Positions 1 through 8,987 are shown, counted from the stretch's first letter. The stretch: 64,000 nucleotides of DNA from an uncultured Planctomycetales bacterium (GCA_964342475.1 CAYFGE010000004.1:14796-78795), one strand, 5' to 3'. Made by a program: numbers and translations. Notes: generated from the letters alone by a model not told the origin.

Positions 1-1
1 C

Positions 2-640
2 GAGGTCCGGGCCCTGCCGCTGATCCGCACCCGCGAGCTGGAGCTGGACGAGGCCGGGGCCGCTGCCCTCGACGGCCTGCTGGCCTTCGGCTGGGTCTTC
101 TTCGCCAGCGCTCGCGGCGTCGAGCTGTTCGGCCGCCGCCTGGCCGAGCAGCGCGCGGGCCGCTCCTTCGCCTGGCCGCCCGCGCTGCGCGCCGCCGCCG
201 TCGGCCCGGTCACCGCCGCCGCGCTCACCGCGCTCGGTGCCGAGGCCGAGCTGGTCGGGGCGGGGGGCGGCGCCGAGCTGGCCGCGAGCTTCCTGGCCCT
301 CGACGTCGACCCCGACCTCCCGCTCCTGCTGGTCGCCGCGCGCGGCGGCCGCCCCGAGCTGCGGCGCGACCTCGAGGCCGCCGGCCACCCGGTCACGGTG
401 CTCGAGCTCTACGAGTCGGTCGCCGCCGACGGCCCGGCCCCGGAGGCCGGCGAGCCGGTGCTCCTGTTCAGCCCGTCCGGCGCGCGCTCGCTGGCCGAGC
501 GCGTCGACCGGCCCGCCGACCACCCGGTGTGGGCGGTCGGCCCGACCACCGCCGGGGAGGCGCGCGAGCGCGGCTTCCCCGTCGCCGCCACCCTGTCCCG
601 CCCCGACCCCGCGGCTCTTCGCGAGCTGCTCGCCCGATGA
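2..640 (+). CDS. hemD: uroporphyrinogen-III synthase, 3' part (5' end outside the window)
   Basis: The frame is open from the window edge to TGA 638-640. The translation (..FFASARGVELF..LFSPSGARSLAERV..VWAVGPTTAGEARERGFPV..) is HemD-like. It is the first gene of a hem operon, and its stop overlaps the hemB ATG (ATGA). Confidence 0.8.
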   Translation, partial: EVRALPLIRTRELELDEAGAAALDGLLAFGWVFFASARGVELFGRRLAEQRAGRSFAWPPALRAAAVGPVTAAALTALGAEAELVGAGGGAELAASFLALDVDPDLPLLLVAARGGRPELRRDLEAAGHPVTVLELYESVAADGPAPEAGEPVLLFSPSGARSLAERVDRPADHPVWAVGPTTAGEARERGFPVAATLSRPDPAALRELLAR

Positions 641-1626
641 CCGACCGCCTCGACCTCCCGCAACGCCCGCGGCGCCTGCGCCGCAACCCCGCCGTGCGCC
701 ACCTCGTCGCCGAGACGGAGCTGCGCCTGCGCCACCTCGTGCAGGGCCACTTCGTCCTGCCGGGGAAGGACCGCGTCGAGGACATCGCCACGATGCCCGG
801 CATCCAGCGCTTCTCGCCCGACCGGCTGGTCGAGCGGGTGGGCGAGGACCTCGCCCGCGGCGTCGGCGCCGTGATGCTGTTCGGCGTGCCGGACGCGAAG
901 GACGCCGCGGCCAGCGGCGCGGTGGACGCCCACGGCGAGGTGCCCGAGGCGGTGCGCGCGCTCAAGGCGGCCTACGGCGAGGCCCTGGTCGTCATGGTCG
1001 ACGTCTGCCTCTGCCCGTACACCGACCACGGCCACTGCGGCTTCGTCGAGGACGGCGAGGTGGTCAACGACGCCTCGGTCGCGCGGCTGGCCGAGATGGC
1101 CGTCGTGCTCGCCGAGGCCGGCGCCGACTTCGTCTGCCCGTCCGACATGATGGACGGCCGCATCGGCGTGATCCGCGCCGCGCTCGACGCCGCCGGGCAC
1201 GAGGGCACCGCGATCCTGGCCTACTCGGCCAAGTACGCCTCGGCCTTCTACGGCCCCTTCCGCGACGCCGCCGGCTCGGCGCCGGGCTTCGGCGACCGCA
1301 AGAGCTACCAGATGGACCCGCGCAACCGCCGCGAGGCGGCGCGCGAGCTGCGCCTCGACCTCGACGAGGGGGCCGACCTGGTCATGGTCAAGCCGGCCCT
1401 GGCCTACCTCGACGTGATCTCCGACGTCGCCGCCGACAGCGACGTCCCGGTCGTCGCCTACAACGTCTCGGGCGAGTTCGCCCTGGTCAAGACGGCCGCC
1501 CGCGAGGGCCTCGCCGACGAGAAGGCCATGACCCTCGAGGTGCTCGGCGCGATCCGCCGCGCCGGCGCCGACCTGATCATCACCTACCACGCCTCCCAGG
1601 CCGCCGCCGAAGGATGGATCGACTGA
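637..1626 (+). CDS. hemB: porphobilinogen synthase (delta-aminolevulinate dehydratase)
   Basis: Starts at internal ATG 637 of ORF 529..1626. Motifs: MTDRLDLPQRPRRLRRNP, metal-site region DVCLCPYTDHGHCG, SDMMDGR, LVMVKPA, AYNVSGE. Confidence 0.95.
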   Translation: MTDRLDLPQRPRRLRRNPAVRHLVAETELRLRHLVQGHFVLPGKDRVEDIATMPGIQRFSPDRLVERVGEDLARGVGAVMLFGVPDAKDAAASGAVDAHGEVPEAVRALKAAYGEALVVMVDVCLCPYTDHGHCGFVEDGEVVNDASVARLAEMAVVLAEAGADFVCPSDMMDGRIGVIRAALDAAGHEGTAILAYSAKYASAFYGPFRDAAGSAPGFGDRKSYQMDPRNRREAARELRLDLDEGADLVMVKPALAYLDVISDVAADSDVPVVAYNVSGEFALVKTAAREGLADEKAMTLEVLGAIRRAGADLIITYHASQAAAEGWID

Positions 1627-2936
1627 TGTCCGCCGCCACCACCACCACCCGTTCCGCCGAGCTCTACGAGCGCGCCTGCCGCGTCATGCCCGGCGGGGTC
1701 AGCTCCCCCGTGCGCGCCTACCGCTCCGTCGGCGGCGTCCCGCCCTTCCTGGCCGACGCGCGCGGCTGCCGCGTGACCGACGAGGACGGCAACGAGTACC
1801 TCGACTTCGTCAACTCGTGGGGCCCGCTGATCCTGGGCCACTCGAACCCCGCCGTGGTCGACGCGGTGCAGCGCGCCGCCGCGCGCGGCACGAGCTACGG
1901 CGCGCCCTGCCGCGCCGAGACCGAGCTGGCCGAGAAGGTCGTCGCGCTGTCGCCGGTCGCCGACCGCGTGCGCTTCGTCAACAGCGGCACCGAGGCGACG
2001 ATGAGCGCGCTGCGCCTGGCCCGCGCGGTCACCGGGCGCGACGGCTTCGTCAAGTTCGACGGCTGCTACCACGGCCACGGCGACGCCTTCCTGGTCCAGG
2101 CGGGCTCCGGCCTGGCCACCTTCGGCGAGTCCTCCAGCGCCGGCGTGCCGGCCGACTGGTCGAAGTGGACCGGCGTGCTGCCGCTCGACGACGAGGCCGC
2201 GCTCGAGGCCTGGTTCGCCGCACACGGTGCCGAGACCGCCGCGGTCTTCGTCGAGGGCATCCCGGCCAACTGCGGCTTCCTGCCGCAGCGCCGCGCCTGG
2301 ATGGACCGCCTGCGCGAGCTGACCCGCGAGCACGGCACCGTGCTCGTGGTGGACGAGGTGATCACCGGCTTCCGCCTCGGCCCCGGCGGCTACTGCGGCC
2401 GCGAGGGCTACGACGCCGACCTGGTCACCTACGGCAAGGTGATCGGCGGCGGCCTGCCGGTCGGCGCCTACGGCGGCCGCGCCGAGCTGATGGACCGCAT
2501 CAGCCCCGAGGGCGGCGTCTACCAGGCCGGTACGCTGAGCGGCAACCCGCTGTGCATGGCCGCCGGCCTCGCCGCGCTCGGCGTGCTCGAGCAGGAGGAC
2601 GGCTGGGGCCGCCTCGAGCGGCTCGGCGCCGCCTGGGAGGAGCGCCTGCGCCCGCTGGTCGAGCGCGAGAACGCCGCCGGCGCGCCGGTCACCCTGACCC
2701 GCGACGCCTCGATCTTCTGGCTGTGCTTCGACGCCACCGAGGCGCCGCGCAGCTACGGCGCGATCCCGGCCTCCGGCGCCGAGCGCTACCGCCGCTTCTT
2801 CCACGCCCTGCTCGAGCGCGGCGTGATGATCGCCCCCTCGGCCTACGAGGTGGGCTTCCTCAGCCTCGCCATGACCGAGGCCGACCTCGACCTCGCCGCC
2901 GCGCGCTTCGCCGAAGCCCTGGAGCTGGCCCGATGA
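1626..2936 (+). CDS. hemL: glutamate-1-semialdehyde 2,1-aminomutase
   Basis: Corresponds to the last 436 codons of ORF 237..2936. Motifs: PGGVSSPVRA, NSGTEATMSALRLARA, DEVITGFR, and the PLP-lysine context TYGKVIGGG. ATG 1626 shares one base with the hemB TGA. Confidence 0.95.
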   Translation: MSAATTTTRSAELYERACRVMPGGVSSPVRAYRSVGGVPPFLADARGCRVTDEDGNEYLDFVNSWGPLILGHSNPAVVDAVQRAAARGTSYGAPCRAETELAEKVVALSPVADRVRFVNSGTEATMSALRLARAVTGRDGFVKFDGCYHGHGDAFLVQAGSGLATFGESSSAGVPADWSKWTGVLPLDDEAALEAWFAAHGAETAAVFVEGIPANCGFLPQRRAWMDRLRELTREHGTVLVVDEVITGFRLGPGGYCGREGYDADLVTYGKVIGGGLPVGAYGGRAELMDRISPEGGVYQAGTLSGNPLCMAAGLAALGVLEQEDGWGRLERLGAAWEERLRPLVERENAAGAPVTLTRDASIFWLCFDATEAPRSYGAIPASGAERYRRFFHALLERGVMIAPSAYEVGFLSLAMTEADLDLAAARFAEALELAR

Positions 2937-3970
2937 CCGCCACCGAACCCACCAAGCCGATCCTCCGCGCCCTGCGCGGCCTGCCCAACGAGGTCACCCC
3001 GATGTGGCTCATGCGGCAGGCCGGGCGCGCGCTGCCCGAGTACCGCGCCCTCAAGGCCGAGCACGGCTTCGTCAAGATGGCCTCGACGCCCGAACTGGCG
3101 GCCGAGGTCACGCTGCAGCCGATCCGCCGCTTCGGCTTCGACGGCGCGATCCTCTTCGCCGACATCCTGACGCCGCTGATGCCGCTGGACTTCGGCATCG
3201 ACTTCGCGCCGGGGCCGGTGTTCGAGAAGCCGCTAGGCGGCGCCGAGGACCTCCACCGCGTCTGCGCGCCGCCGCCCGGCTCGCTCGACCACGTGGCCGA
3301 GGCGATCCGCCTGATCAAGCCGCAGCTGCCCGCGGGGACGGCGATGCTCGGCTTCGCCGGAGCGCCCTTCACCATGGCCAGCTACCTGCTCGACGGCGGC
3401 GGCTCGCGCGAGCACGACCGGCTGCGCGCCGCGGTCTACGGCGACCCGGCCTTCTTCGCCCAGCTGCTCGAGCGCCTGGCCGACCTGACCGTCGTCTACC
3501 TGCAGGAGCAGATCGACGCCGGCGCCGAGGCGGTCCAGCTGTTCGACACCTGGGCCGGCCTGCTGCCGCTCGACCTCTACCGCCGCACGGCGCTGCCGGC
3601 GGTGCAGCGCGTCATGCGCGGCCTCGAGGGGACGGTGCCGCGCCTCTACCTGATCAAGGACGGCGCCCACCTGCTTCCCGGCATGGCCGAGAGCGGGGCC
3701 GACGCCCTGTCGCTCGACTGGCGTCAGCCGCTCGACGAGGCGCGCGCCTTCCTCGGCGACGCCTTCCCGGTGCAGGGCAACCTGGACCCGGGCTGCCTGC
3801 TCGGCACGCCCGACTCGGTGCGCGCGGCCGCCCGCCGCGTGCTCGAGCAGAACGCCGGCCGCCCCGGCCACGTCTTCAACCTCGGGCACGGCCTGCTGCC
3901 GCAGACCCCGCTCGAGAACCTGCAAGCCCTGTGCGACGAGGTCCGCCACCATGACCCTGCAGCCGTCTGA
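2933..3970 (+). CDS. hemE: uroporphyrinogen decarboxylase
   Basis: ATG 2933 overlaps the hemL stop (ATGA). Motifs: PMWLMRQAGRALPEYR, LFADILTP, QLFDTWAG, VFNLGHG. Confidence 0.95.
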   Translation: MTATEPTKPILRALRGLPNEVTPMWLMRQAGRALPEYRALKAEHGFVKMASTPELAAEVTLQPIRRFGFDGAILFADILTPLMPLDFGIDFAPGPVFEKPLGGAEDLHRVCAPPPGSLDHVAEAIRLIKPQLPAGTAMLGFAGAPFTMASYLLDGGGSREHDRLRAAVYGDPAFFAQLLERLADLTVVYLQEQIDAGAEAVQLFDTWAGLLPLDLYRRTALPAVQRVMRGLEGTVPRLYLIKDGAHLLPGMAESGADALSLDWRQPLDEARAFLGDAFPVQGNLDPGCLLGTPDSVRAAARRVLEQNAGRPGHVFNLGHGLLPQTPLENLQALCDEVRHHDPAAV

Positions 3971-5339
3971 CGCCCCGGCCGAGCTGGTCGCCAAGTACGA
4001 CCGCTCCGGTCCCCGCTACACCAGCTACCCGACCGCCCCGGTCTGGACCGACGCCTTCGACGCCGAGGCCTGGGTCGGCGCGCTGCGCCAGGCCGACGAG
4101 CGGGCGGACGAGCCGATCGCGATCTACGTCCACCTGCCGTTCTGCCAGAAGCGCTGCCTGTTCTGCGCCTGCAACGTGGTGATCACCAAGCGCGAGGACG
4201 TGGTCGAGGAGTACCTCGCGCGGCTGTTCCGCGAGATCGACCGCACCGCCGCGGAGATGCCGCAGCGGCGCCGGCTCAGCGGCCTGCACTGGGGCGGGGG
4301 CACCCCGACCCACCTGAGCTGCGAGCAGCTCGAGCGCCTGTATCGCAAGATCGAGGAGCACTGGACCGTGCTGCCCGACGCCGAGCTGTCCATCGAGGTG
4401 CACCCGCCGGTGACCACCCGCGAGCAGCTCGAGACCCTGCGCCGGCTGGGCTTCAACCGCATCAGCTTCGGCGTGCAGGACATGGACGGAGAGGTGCAGG
4501 AGCTGATCGGCCGCGACCAGACCGTGCAGCAGACCGAGGACGTGCTGACCACCTGCCGCGAGCTCGGCTTCAGCAGCGTCAACTTCGACCTGGTCTACGG
4601 CCTGCCCGGCCAGACCGCCGAGACCTGGGACTACACCCTGGACCAGGTCCTGCGCCTGCAGCCCGACCGCCTGGCGATCTACAGCTACGCCCACGTGCCG
4701 TGGCTGCACAGCCACCAGAAGCGGATGCCGATGGACCGCCTGCCCGAGCCCGAGCTGAAGCTCGAGCTGCTGCGGACCGCCGCGCGCCGCCTGTGCGGCG
4801 AGGGCGACTACGCCGAGATCGGCTTCGACCACTTCGCGCTGAAGAAGGACGAGCTGGCCCGCGCGGTGGACGAGAAACGGCTCTACCGCAACTTCATGGG
4901 CTACACCGTGCGGCCGGCCTCGGACTACGTCGGCTTCGGGGTGACCGCCATCTCCGAGGTCGGCAACTGCTTCGCCCAGACCCACGGCAAGCTCAACCGC
5001 TGGAATGAGGCGCTCGACGACGAGGGCTTCGCCATCGCCCGCGGCCACCAGCTCAGCATGGACGACCGCGTCCGCAAGCTGATCATCGAGCGGATCATGT
5101 GCAACCAGTGGCTCGACCTGCGCGAGGTCGAGGCCCTGTCCGGGCAGCCCTTCCGCGAGCAGTTCGCCGCCCAGTGGGAGGCGCTGGCCGAGATGGAGGA
5201 GGACGGCCTGGTCGAGCGCGGCGAGGACCACCTCGGCATGACCGAGCTGGGCCGGCTGTTCCTGCGCAACGTCTGCATGCTGTTCGACGCCTACCTGCCG
5301 GAGCAGGAGAAGGAGGGCCGCTTCAGCCGGACGGTCTAG
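3951..5339 (+). CDS. hemN: oxygen-independent coproporphyrinogen III oxidase (radical SAM)
   Basis: ORF 3951..5339. Contains GPRYTSYPTA and the radical-SAM cysteine triad HLPFCQKRCLFCAC. The start overlaps hemE by 20 nt. Confidence 0.93.
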   Translation: MTLQPSDAPAELVAKYDRSGPRYTSYPTAPVWTDAFDAEAWVGALRQADERADEPIAIYVHLPFCQKRCLFCACNVVITKREDVVEEYLARLFREIDRTAAEMPQRRRLSGLHWGGGTPTHLSCEQLERLYRKIEEHWTVLPDAELSIEVHPPVTTREQLETLRRLGFNRISFGVQDMDGEVQELIGRDQTVQQTEDVLTTCRELGFSSVNFDLVYGLPGQTAETWDYTLDQVLRLQPDRLAIYSYAHVPWLHSHQKRMPMDRLPEPELKLELLRTAARRLCGEGDYAEIGFDHFALKKDELARAVDEKRLYRNFMGYTVRPASDYVGFGVTAISEVGNCFAQTHGKLNRWNEALDDEGFAIARGHQLSMDDRVRKLIIERIMCNQWLDLREVEALSGQPFREQFAAQWEALAEMEEDGLVERGEDHLGMTELGRLFLRNVCMLFDAYLPEQEKEGRFSRTV

Positions 5340-5350
5340 ACTGTCACGCG

Positions 5351-6331
5351 ATGAGCGACCGCACCGGCATCCTCCTGCTCCAGATGGGCGGCCCGCGCCG
5401 CCTCGAGGAGGTGGAGGGGTACATCCGCGACCTCTTCCTCGACCCGGACCTGGTCCGGCTGCCGCCGGTGGTCAACTGGTTCCGCGGGCCGCTGGCCGGG
5501 CTGGTGTCGCGCCGCCGCGCCCCCGAGGTGCGCGAGCAGTACGCGCGGATCGGCGGGGGTTCGCCGAACAACGCGACGACCATGGCGCAGGCCGCCTCGC
5601 TGCAGCGCGCCCTGGCCGGGGACGGTGACTTCCGCTGCTACGCGGCGATGACCTACACCCCGCCGCTGATCGACGAGGCCGTGCTGCACGCGCACGCCGA
5701 CGGCTGCCGCCGTGTGGTCGGGCTGTCGCTGTTCCCGCAGTACTCCACCGCCACCACGCGCAGCTCCTTCCGCCTGTTCGACGACAAGGCCCGCGAGCAC
5801 GGCTACTCGGCCTCGCGGGTGAAGCGGATCACGCGCTGGGGGGACCGCGCCGATTTCCTCGACGCGCTCGCCGCGCGCACCCGGGCCACCCTCGACGAGG
5901 CGCGCGCCGCGCACGCCGACCCGCCCCAGGTCGTGGTCAGCGCCCACGGCGTGCCGGTCAGCTACGTCCGCCGCGGCGACCCCTACGTCGACGAGGTGGA
6001 GGCCAGCGTCGCCGGGCTGCGCGCGCGCCTGCCCGGGGTCGAGGTGCACCTCGCCTTCCAGAGCCGCGCCACCCCGGTCAAGTGGGTCGAGCCGGCGACG
6101 GTCGACGAGCTGGCCCGCCTGGGGCGGGCGGGAGCGAAGAACCTCGTCGTCCTGCCGGTCAGCTTCGTCAACGACCACGTCGAGACGCTGTACGAGATCG
6201 ACGTCCAGCTGGCCGAGGTGGCGCGCGGGGCCGGGGTCGAGGCCTACCGGAGGGTCCCCGTCTTCAACGACGCGCCGGACCTGACGGCGATCCTGCGCGC
6301 GCTGGTCCTCGAGGAGCTCGCCGAGGGCTGA
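5351..6331 (+). CDS. hemH: ferrochelatase
   Basis: Starts at ATG 5351 inside ORF 5099..6331. Motifs: ILLLQMGGP, LSLFPQYSTATT, VSAHGVP, FVNDHVETLYEID. Confidence 0.93.
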   Translation: MSDRTGILLLQMGGPRRLEEVEGYIRDLFLDPDLVRLPPVVNWFRGPLAGLVSRRRAPEVREQYARIGGGSPNNATTMAQAASLQRALAGDGDFRCYAAMTYTPPLIDEAVLHAHADGCRRVVGLSLFPQYSTATTRSSFRLFDDKAREHGYSASRVKRITRWGDRADFLDALAARTRATLDEARAAHADPPQVVVSAHGVPVSYVRRGDPYVDEVEASVAGLRARLPGVEVHLAFQSRATPVKWVEPATVDELARLGRAGAKNLVVLPVSFVNDHVETLYEIDVQLAEVARGAGVEAYRRVPVFNDAPDLTAILRALVLEELAEG

Positions 6332-6333
6332 GC

Positions 6334-7698
6334 ATGGCCGCCCCGGACCGCTACGACGTCGCCGTGGTCGGCGGAGGCTACTCCGGCCTCGCCGTGGCCC
6401 ACTTCGCGCGCAAGCGCGGCCTGAGCGCGGTGGTGCTCGAACGGGAGGAGCAGCCCGGCGGCAAGGTGCTGACCGTGCGCGAGGAGGGCGAGGTCGTCGA
6501 GCTCGGCCCCCTCGGCTGGCTCGACAAGGAGCCGGCGGTGACCGAGATGGCCGCCGACCTGGGGCTCGTCCCGGTGGCTGCGGCGCCGGCGGAGAAGGTG
6601 CGCTACCTGTTGCACCGCGGGCGCATCACCGCGCTGCCGAGCGGCCCGGGCAGCTTCCTGACCACGCCCTTCCTGACCCTCGGCGGCAAGCTCCGCGTGC
6701 TGGCCGAGCCCTTCGTCCGCGCCAAGCGCGACGGCGGCGACGAGAGCGCGCGCGAGTTCGCCCGCCGGCGCCTCGGCCGCCAGATGGCCGACGCCTTCTT
6801 CGAGCCCTTCGTCAGCGGCATCTACGCCGGCGACCCGGGCCGGCTCTCGGCGCCCGGCGCCTTCCCGCTGCTGGCCGGCTGGGAGCGCGAGAGCGGCTCG
6901 CTGGTGCGCGGCGCCGTCCGCTTCATGCGCGACAAGCGGCGCCGGCGCGCCGCCGGTGAGCCGGTCGGCACCGGCAAGCTGTGCAGCTTCCCCCGCGGCC
7001 TGGCCGAGCTGGCCGAGGCCGGGGCGGCCGCGCTCGGCGACGACTGCCGCCTCGGCGTGGCGCCCGACCGCGCGCGCAAGGACGGCGAGGACTGGGTGCT
7101 CGAACGCGCCGGGGCGGAGGAGTGCCGCGCGCGCCGGCTGGTGATGGCCTGCCCGGCACCTGCGGCCTCCCGCATCCTGCGCGAGGAGGCGCCCGAGCTG
7201 GTCGAGGCCGCGGACGGCATCCGCGGCGACCCGCTGTGCGTGGTGGCGGCGACCTTCCGCCGCGAGCAGGTCCGCGAGCAGATCGACCAGGGCTTCGGCT
7301 TCCTGGCGGCGCGCAGCGAGGGCTTCCGACCGCTCGGCGTGCAGTTCGCCCACGCCATCTTCCCCGGCCAGACCTCGGCCGGTCTCGCCCAGATCCGCGT
7401 GCTGATCGGCGGCAGCTTCGACAAGGAGGCCCACGCGCTCGACGACGCCGGGCTGTTCGAGGCCTGCTACGGCCCGTTGGTCGAGCTGCTCGGCATCCGC
7501 GGCGAGCCGCTGCGCACCTGGACCCGCCGCGTGATGGGGGGGGTGCCCCAGTACGAGATCGGGCACCTCGACCGGGTGGCCCGCATCGAGGGCGCCGCCG
7601 CGCGCCTCGGCGGCCTCCACTTCGCCGGCGACAGCTTCAGCGGGGTCGGGGTGGTCAAGGCCTTCGCCCGCGCCAAACAGGTCGCGATGGCGCTCTGA
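6334..7698 (+). CDS. hemY: protoporphyrinogen oxidase (HemY/PPOX type, FAD-dependent)
   Basis: ATG 6334 lies 2 nt after the hemH stop, inside ORF 6082..7698. Has the dinucleotide fold DVAVVGGGYSGLAVAH and the C-terminal HFAGDSFSGVGV typical of amine-oxidase-fold PPOX. It is the last gene of the hem operon. Confidence 0.88.
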   Translation: MAAPDRYDVAVVGGGYSGLAVAHFARKRGLSAVVLEREEQPGGKVLTVREEGEVVELGPLGWLDKEPAVTEMAADLGLVPVAAAPAEKVRYLLHRGRITALPSGPGSFLTTPFLTLGGKLRVLAEPFVRAKRDGGDESAREFARRRLGRQMADAFFEPFVSGIYAGDPGRLSAPGAFPLLAGWERESGSLVRGAVRFMRDKRRRRAAGEPVGTGKLCSFPRGLAELAEAGAAALGDDCRLGVAPDRARKDGEDWVLERAGAEECRARRLVMACPAPAASRILREEAPELVEAADGIRGDPLCVVAATFRREQVREQIDQGFGFLAARSEGFRPLGVQFAHAIFPGQTSAGLAQIRVLIGGSFDKEAHALDDAGLFEACYGPLVELLGIRGEPLRTWTRRVMGGVPQYEIGHLDRVARIEGAAARLGGLHFAGDSFSGVGVVKAFARAKQVAMAL

Positions 7699-7744
7699 GC
7701 CGGTCCGCACCCGGCCGCGGGGATCGGGCGCAGCCGAGGAAAGG

Positions 7745-7763
7745 GAGCGGGCGCCGCCCGCTC
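7745..7763. terminator. weak GC hairpin between the convergent hemY and lectin-like genes
   Basis: GAGCGGGC-gcc-GCCCGCTC: an 8-bp stem with a 3-nt loop and no U-tract. Confidence 0.3.
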
Positions 7764-7798
7764 GCGCAGGCGGCGCCCGGTGGCTGGACCCCGATGGA

Positions 7799-8848
7799 TT
7801 AGCCGATGTTGGTGGCCACACCGTTGGTGAAGGTCAGCGAGGCCAGGTCGAGGGCGTGCAGCCAGACGGAGATGCCGGTGGTGCCGGGGGGCACCGGCGC
7901 CTGCAACTGGCCGCTGCCGGCCGCGCCGACGCTGATGGCCGGGAGTTCGGTGAAGGGCGGGCTGAGCAGCAGGTCGCCGAATGGGGTGACGGTCGGGCCG
8001 CCGCCGTAGAGCGAGTAGCCGTGGCGGACCAGGCCGCCCGGGGTGCAGTGGTCCACCGAGATGGTGACCACGCCACCGGCGACCAGACCGGAGACGCTCA
8101 GGGCCGGTCCGGGAGGGCCGCTGCAGCCGCCGTTGAAGCTCCAGTTGTCGAAGGTGCCGGCGGACCAGGTGCCGTGGGCGGCGCCGGTGCCGAGCAGGCC
8201 GGGCAGACCGCTCGCGATCAGGCCGGGGGCGTCGAGCTGGATCTCGTAGACGCCGTCGTAGTCCTCGTCGATGTCGAGGTTGACGTTGTCGCCGGCGCCG
8301 TCCACCGAGACGCGGACGTGGCCGCCGGTGATCTGGTAGGGCAGCGTGCCGAAGCCGCCCCAGCCGTTGTAGCCCGAGCCGTTGTTGGCGTGGTAGAAGC
8401 CGAAGTTCGAGTAGCCGGGCAGGCCGGACTGGTTCTGCACCTTGACGAAGATCGACTCGCCGTTGACGCTGTTGTAGCCGATCATCGCGGCGTTGTAGGC
8501 GTAGCCGCCGCCGAGGTTCGGGTTCAGGTCGAACTCGATCACCGAGGTGTCGTAGTTGTCGGTGGCGCTGTTGTGGACCATGTAGTCCAGGCCGCCGGAA
8601 GTGGTGCTGCACTCGTTGTTGAGCACCTGGTAGTCGCCGATGATCTCGGTCCAGTCCGCGCCCATGTTGGTGCTGTTGGCGCGGTTGAAGTCGTCGCAGG
8701 CCGCGGTGGCGCGGGCACCGCCCTGGCCGGCGTTCAGGTTCGCCTTGCCGGGCTGGAACTGCAGGCTGAGGTCGACGGGGGACTGGGCGAAGGCCGGGAC
8801 GGTCAGAAGGAGACCGACCGTGGTGGCCAGGAAGGGGTGGAATCTCAT
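7799..8848 (-). CDS. secreted hypothetical protein, N/G/Y-rich beta-type (lectin/jelly-roll-like) with a C-terminal beta module
   Basis: ATG 8848 is preceded by GAGGA with a 5-nt spacer. Signal peptide MRFHPFLATTVGLLLTVPAFAQ. The 16-codon upstream extension in the ORF track lies in a polypyrimidine leader. No family was recognised with certainty. Confidence 0.75.
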   Translation of the reverse strand: MRFHPFLATTVGLLLTVPAFAQSPVDLSLQFQPGKANLNAGQGGARATAACDDFNRANSTNMGADWTEIIGDYQVLNNECSTTSGGLDYMVHNSATDNYDTSVIEFDLNPNLGGGYAYNAAMIGYNSVNGESIFVKVQNQSGLPGYSNFGFYHANNGSGYNGWGGFGTLPYQITGGHVRVSVDGAGDNVNLDIDEDYDGVYEIQLDAPGLIASGLPGLLGTGAAHGTWSAGTFDNWSFNGGCSGPPGPALSVSGLVAGGVVTISVDHCTPGGLVRHGYSLYGGGPTVTPFGDLLLSPPFTELPAISVGAAGSGQLQAPVPPGTTGISVWLHALDLASLTFTNGVATNIG

Positions 8849-8864
8849 CGGAATCCTCGGAAAC

Positions 8865-8893
8865 GGGGAAGGGGAGGAAGAGGGGAAGGGGAG
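8865..8893 (+). repeat. 29-nt homopurine mirror repeat and G-quadruplex motif
   Basis: The sequence is GGGGAAGGGGA-GGAAG-AGGGGAAGGGG. It is also a direct repeat of GGGGAAGGGGAG x2, and it contains four GGGG runs with loops of 2/7/2 nt. Confidence 0.9.
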
Positions 8894-8987
8894 CACCGGG
8901 CGGACGGGCCCGGGTGGAACCCGATCAAGAATGCCACGGAACGGGAGCCGGAACGAGGGAAATCATCGGGCGGGCAGCCAGCAGGGC

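Noticed and set aside
409-1590. A 393-aa minus-strand ORF, plus several others (468..965, 1584..2804, 3233..3994, 3876..5231), antisense to the hem genes.
   Set aside because: They lie opposite to clearly recognisable hemB/hemL/hemE/hemN, and their composition is artefactual.
237-1625. Long N-terminal extensions in the ORF track. Examples are 237..2936, 1817..3970, 5099..6331, 6082..7698, 7856..10807, 15228..17063, 16951..19092, 19877..22582, 21103..24267, 29071..32412 and 45757..48798.
   Set aside because: The extensions overlap the preceding real gene in another frame and are P/R/A-rich. Each real gene begins at an internal ATG or GTG that matches the family N-terminus or a signal peptide, and often forms an ATGA/GTGA overlap.
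8850-8896. An upstream extension of the lectin-like gene to ATG 8896 (MLPFPSSSPSPFPRIP...).
   Set aside because: The extension is simply the translation of the polypyrimidine strand of the purine mirror repeat. ATG 8848 has a GAGGA Shine-Dalgarno and yields a canonical signal peptide.
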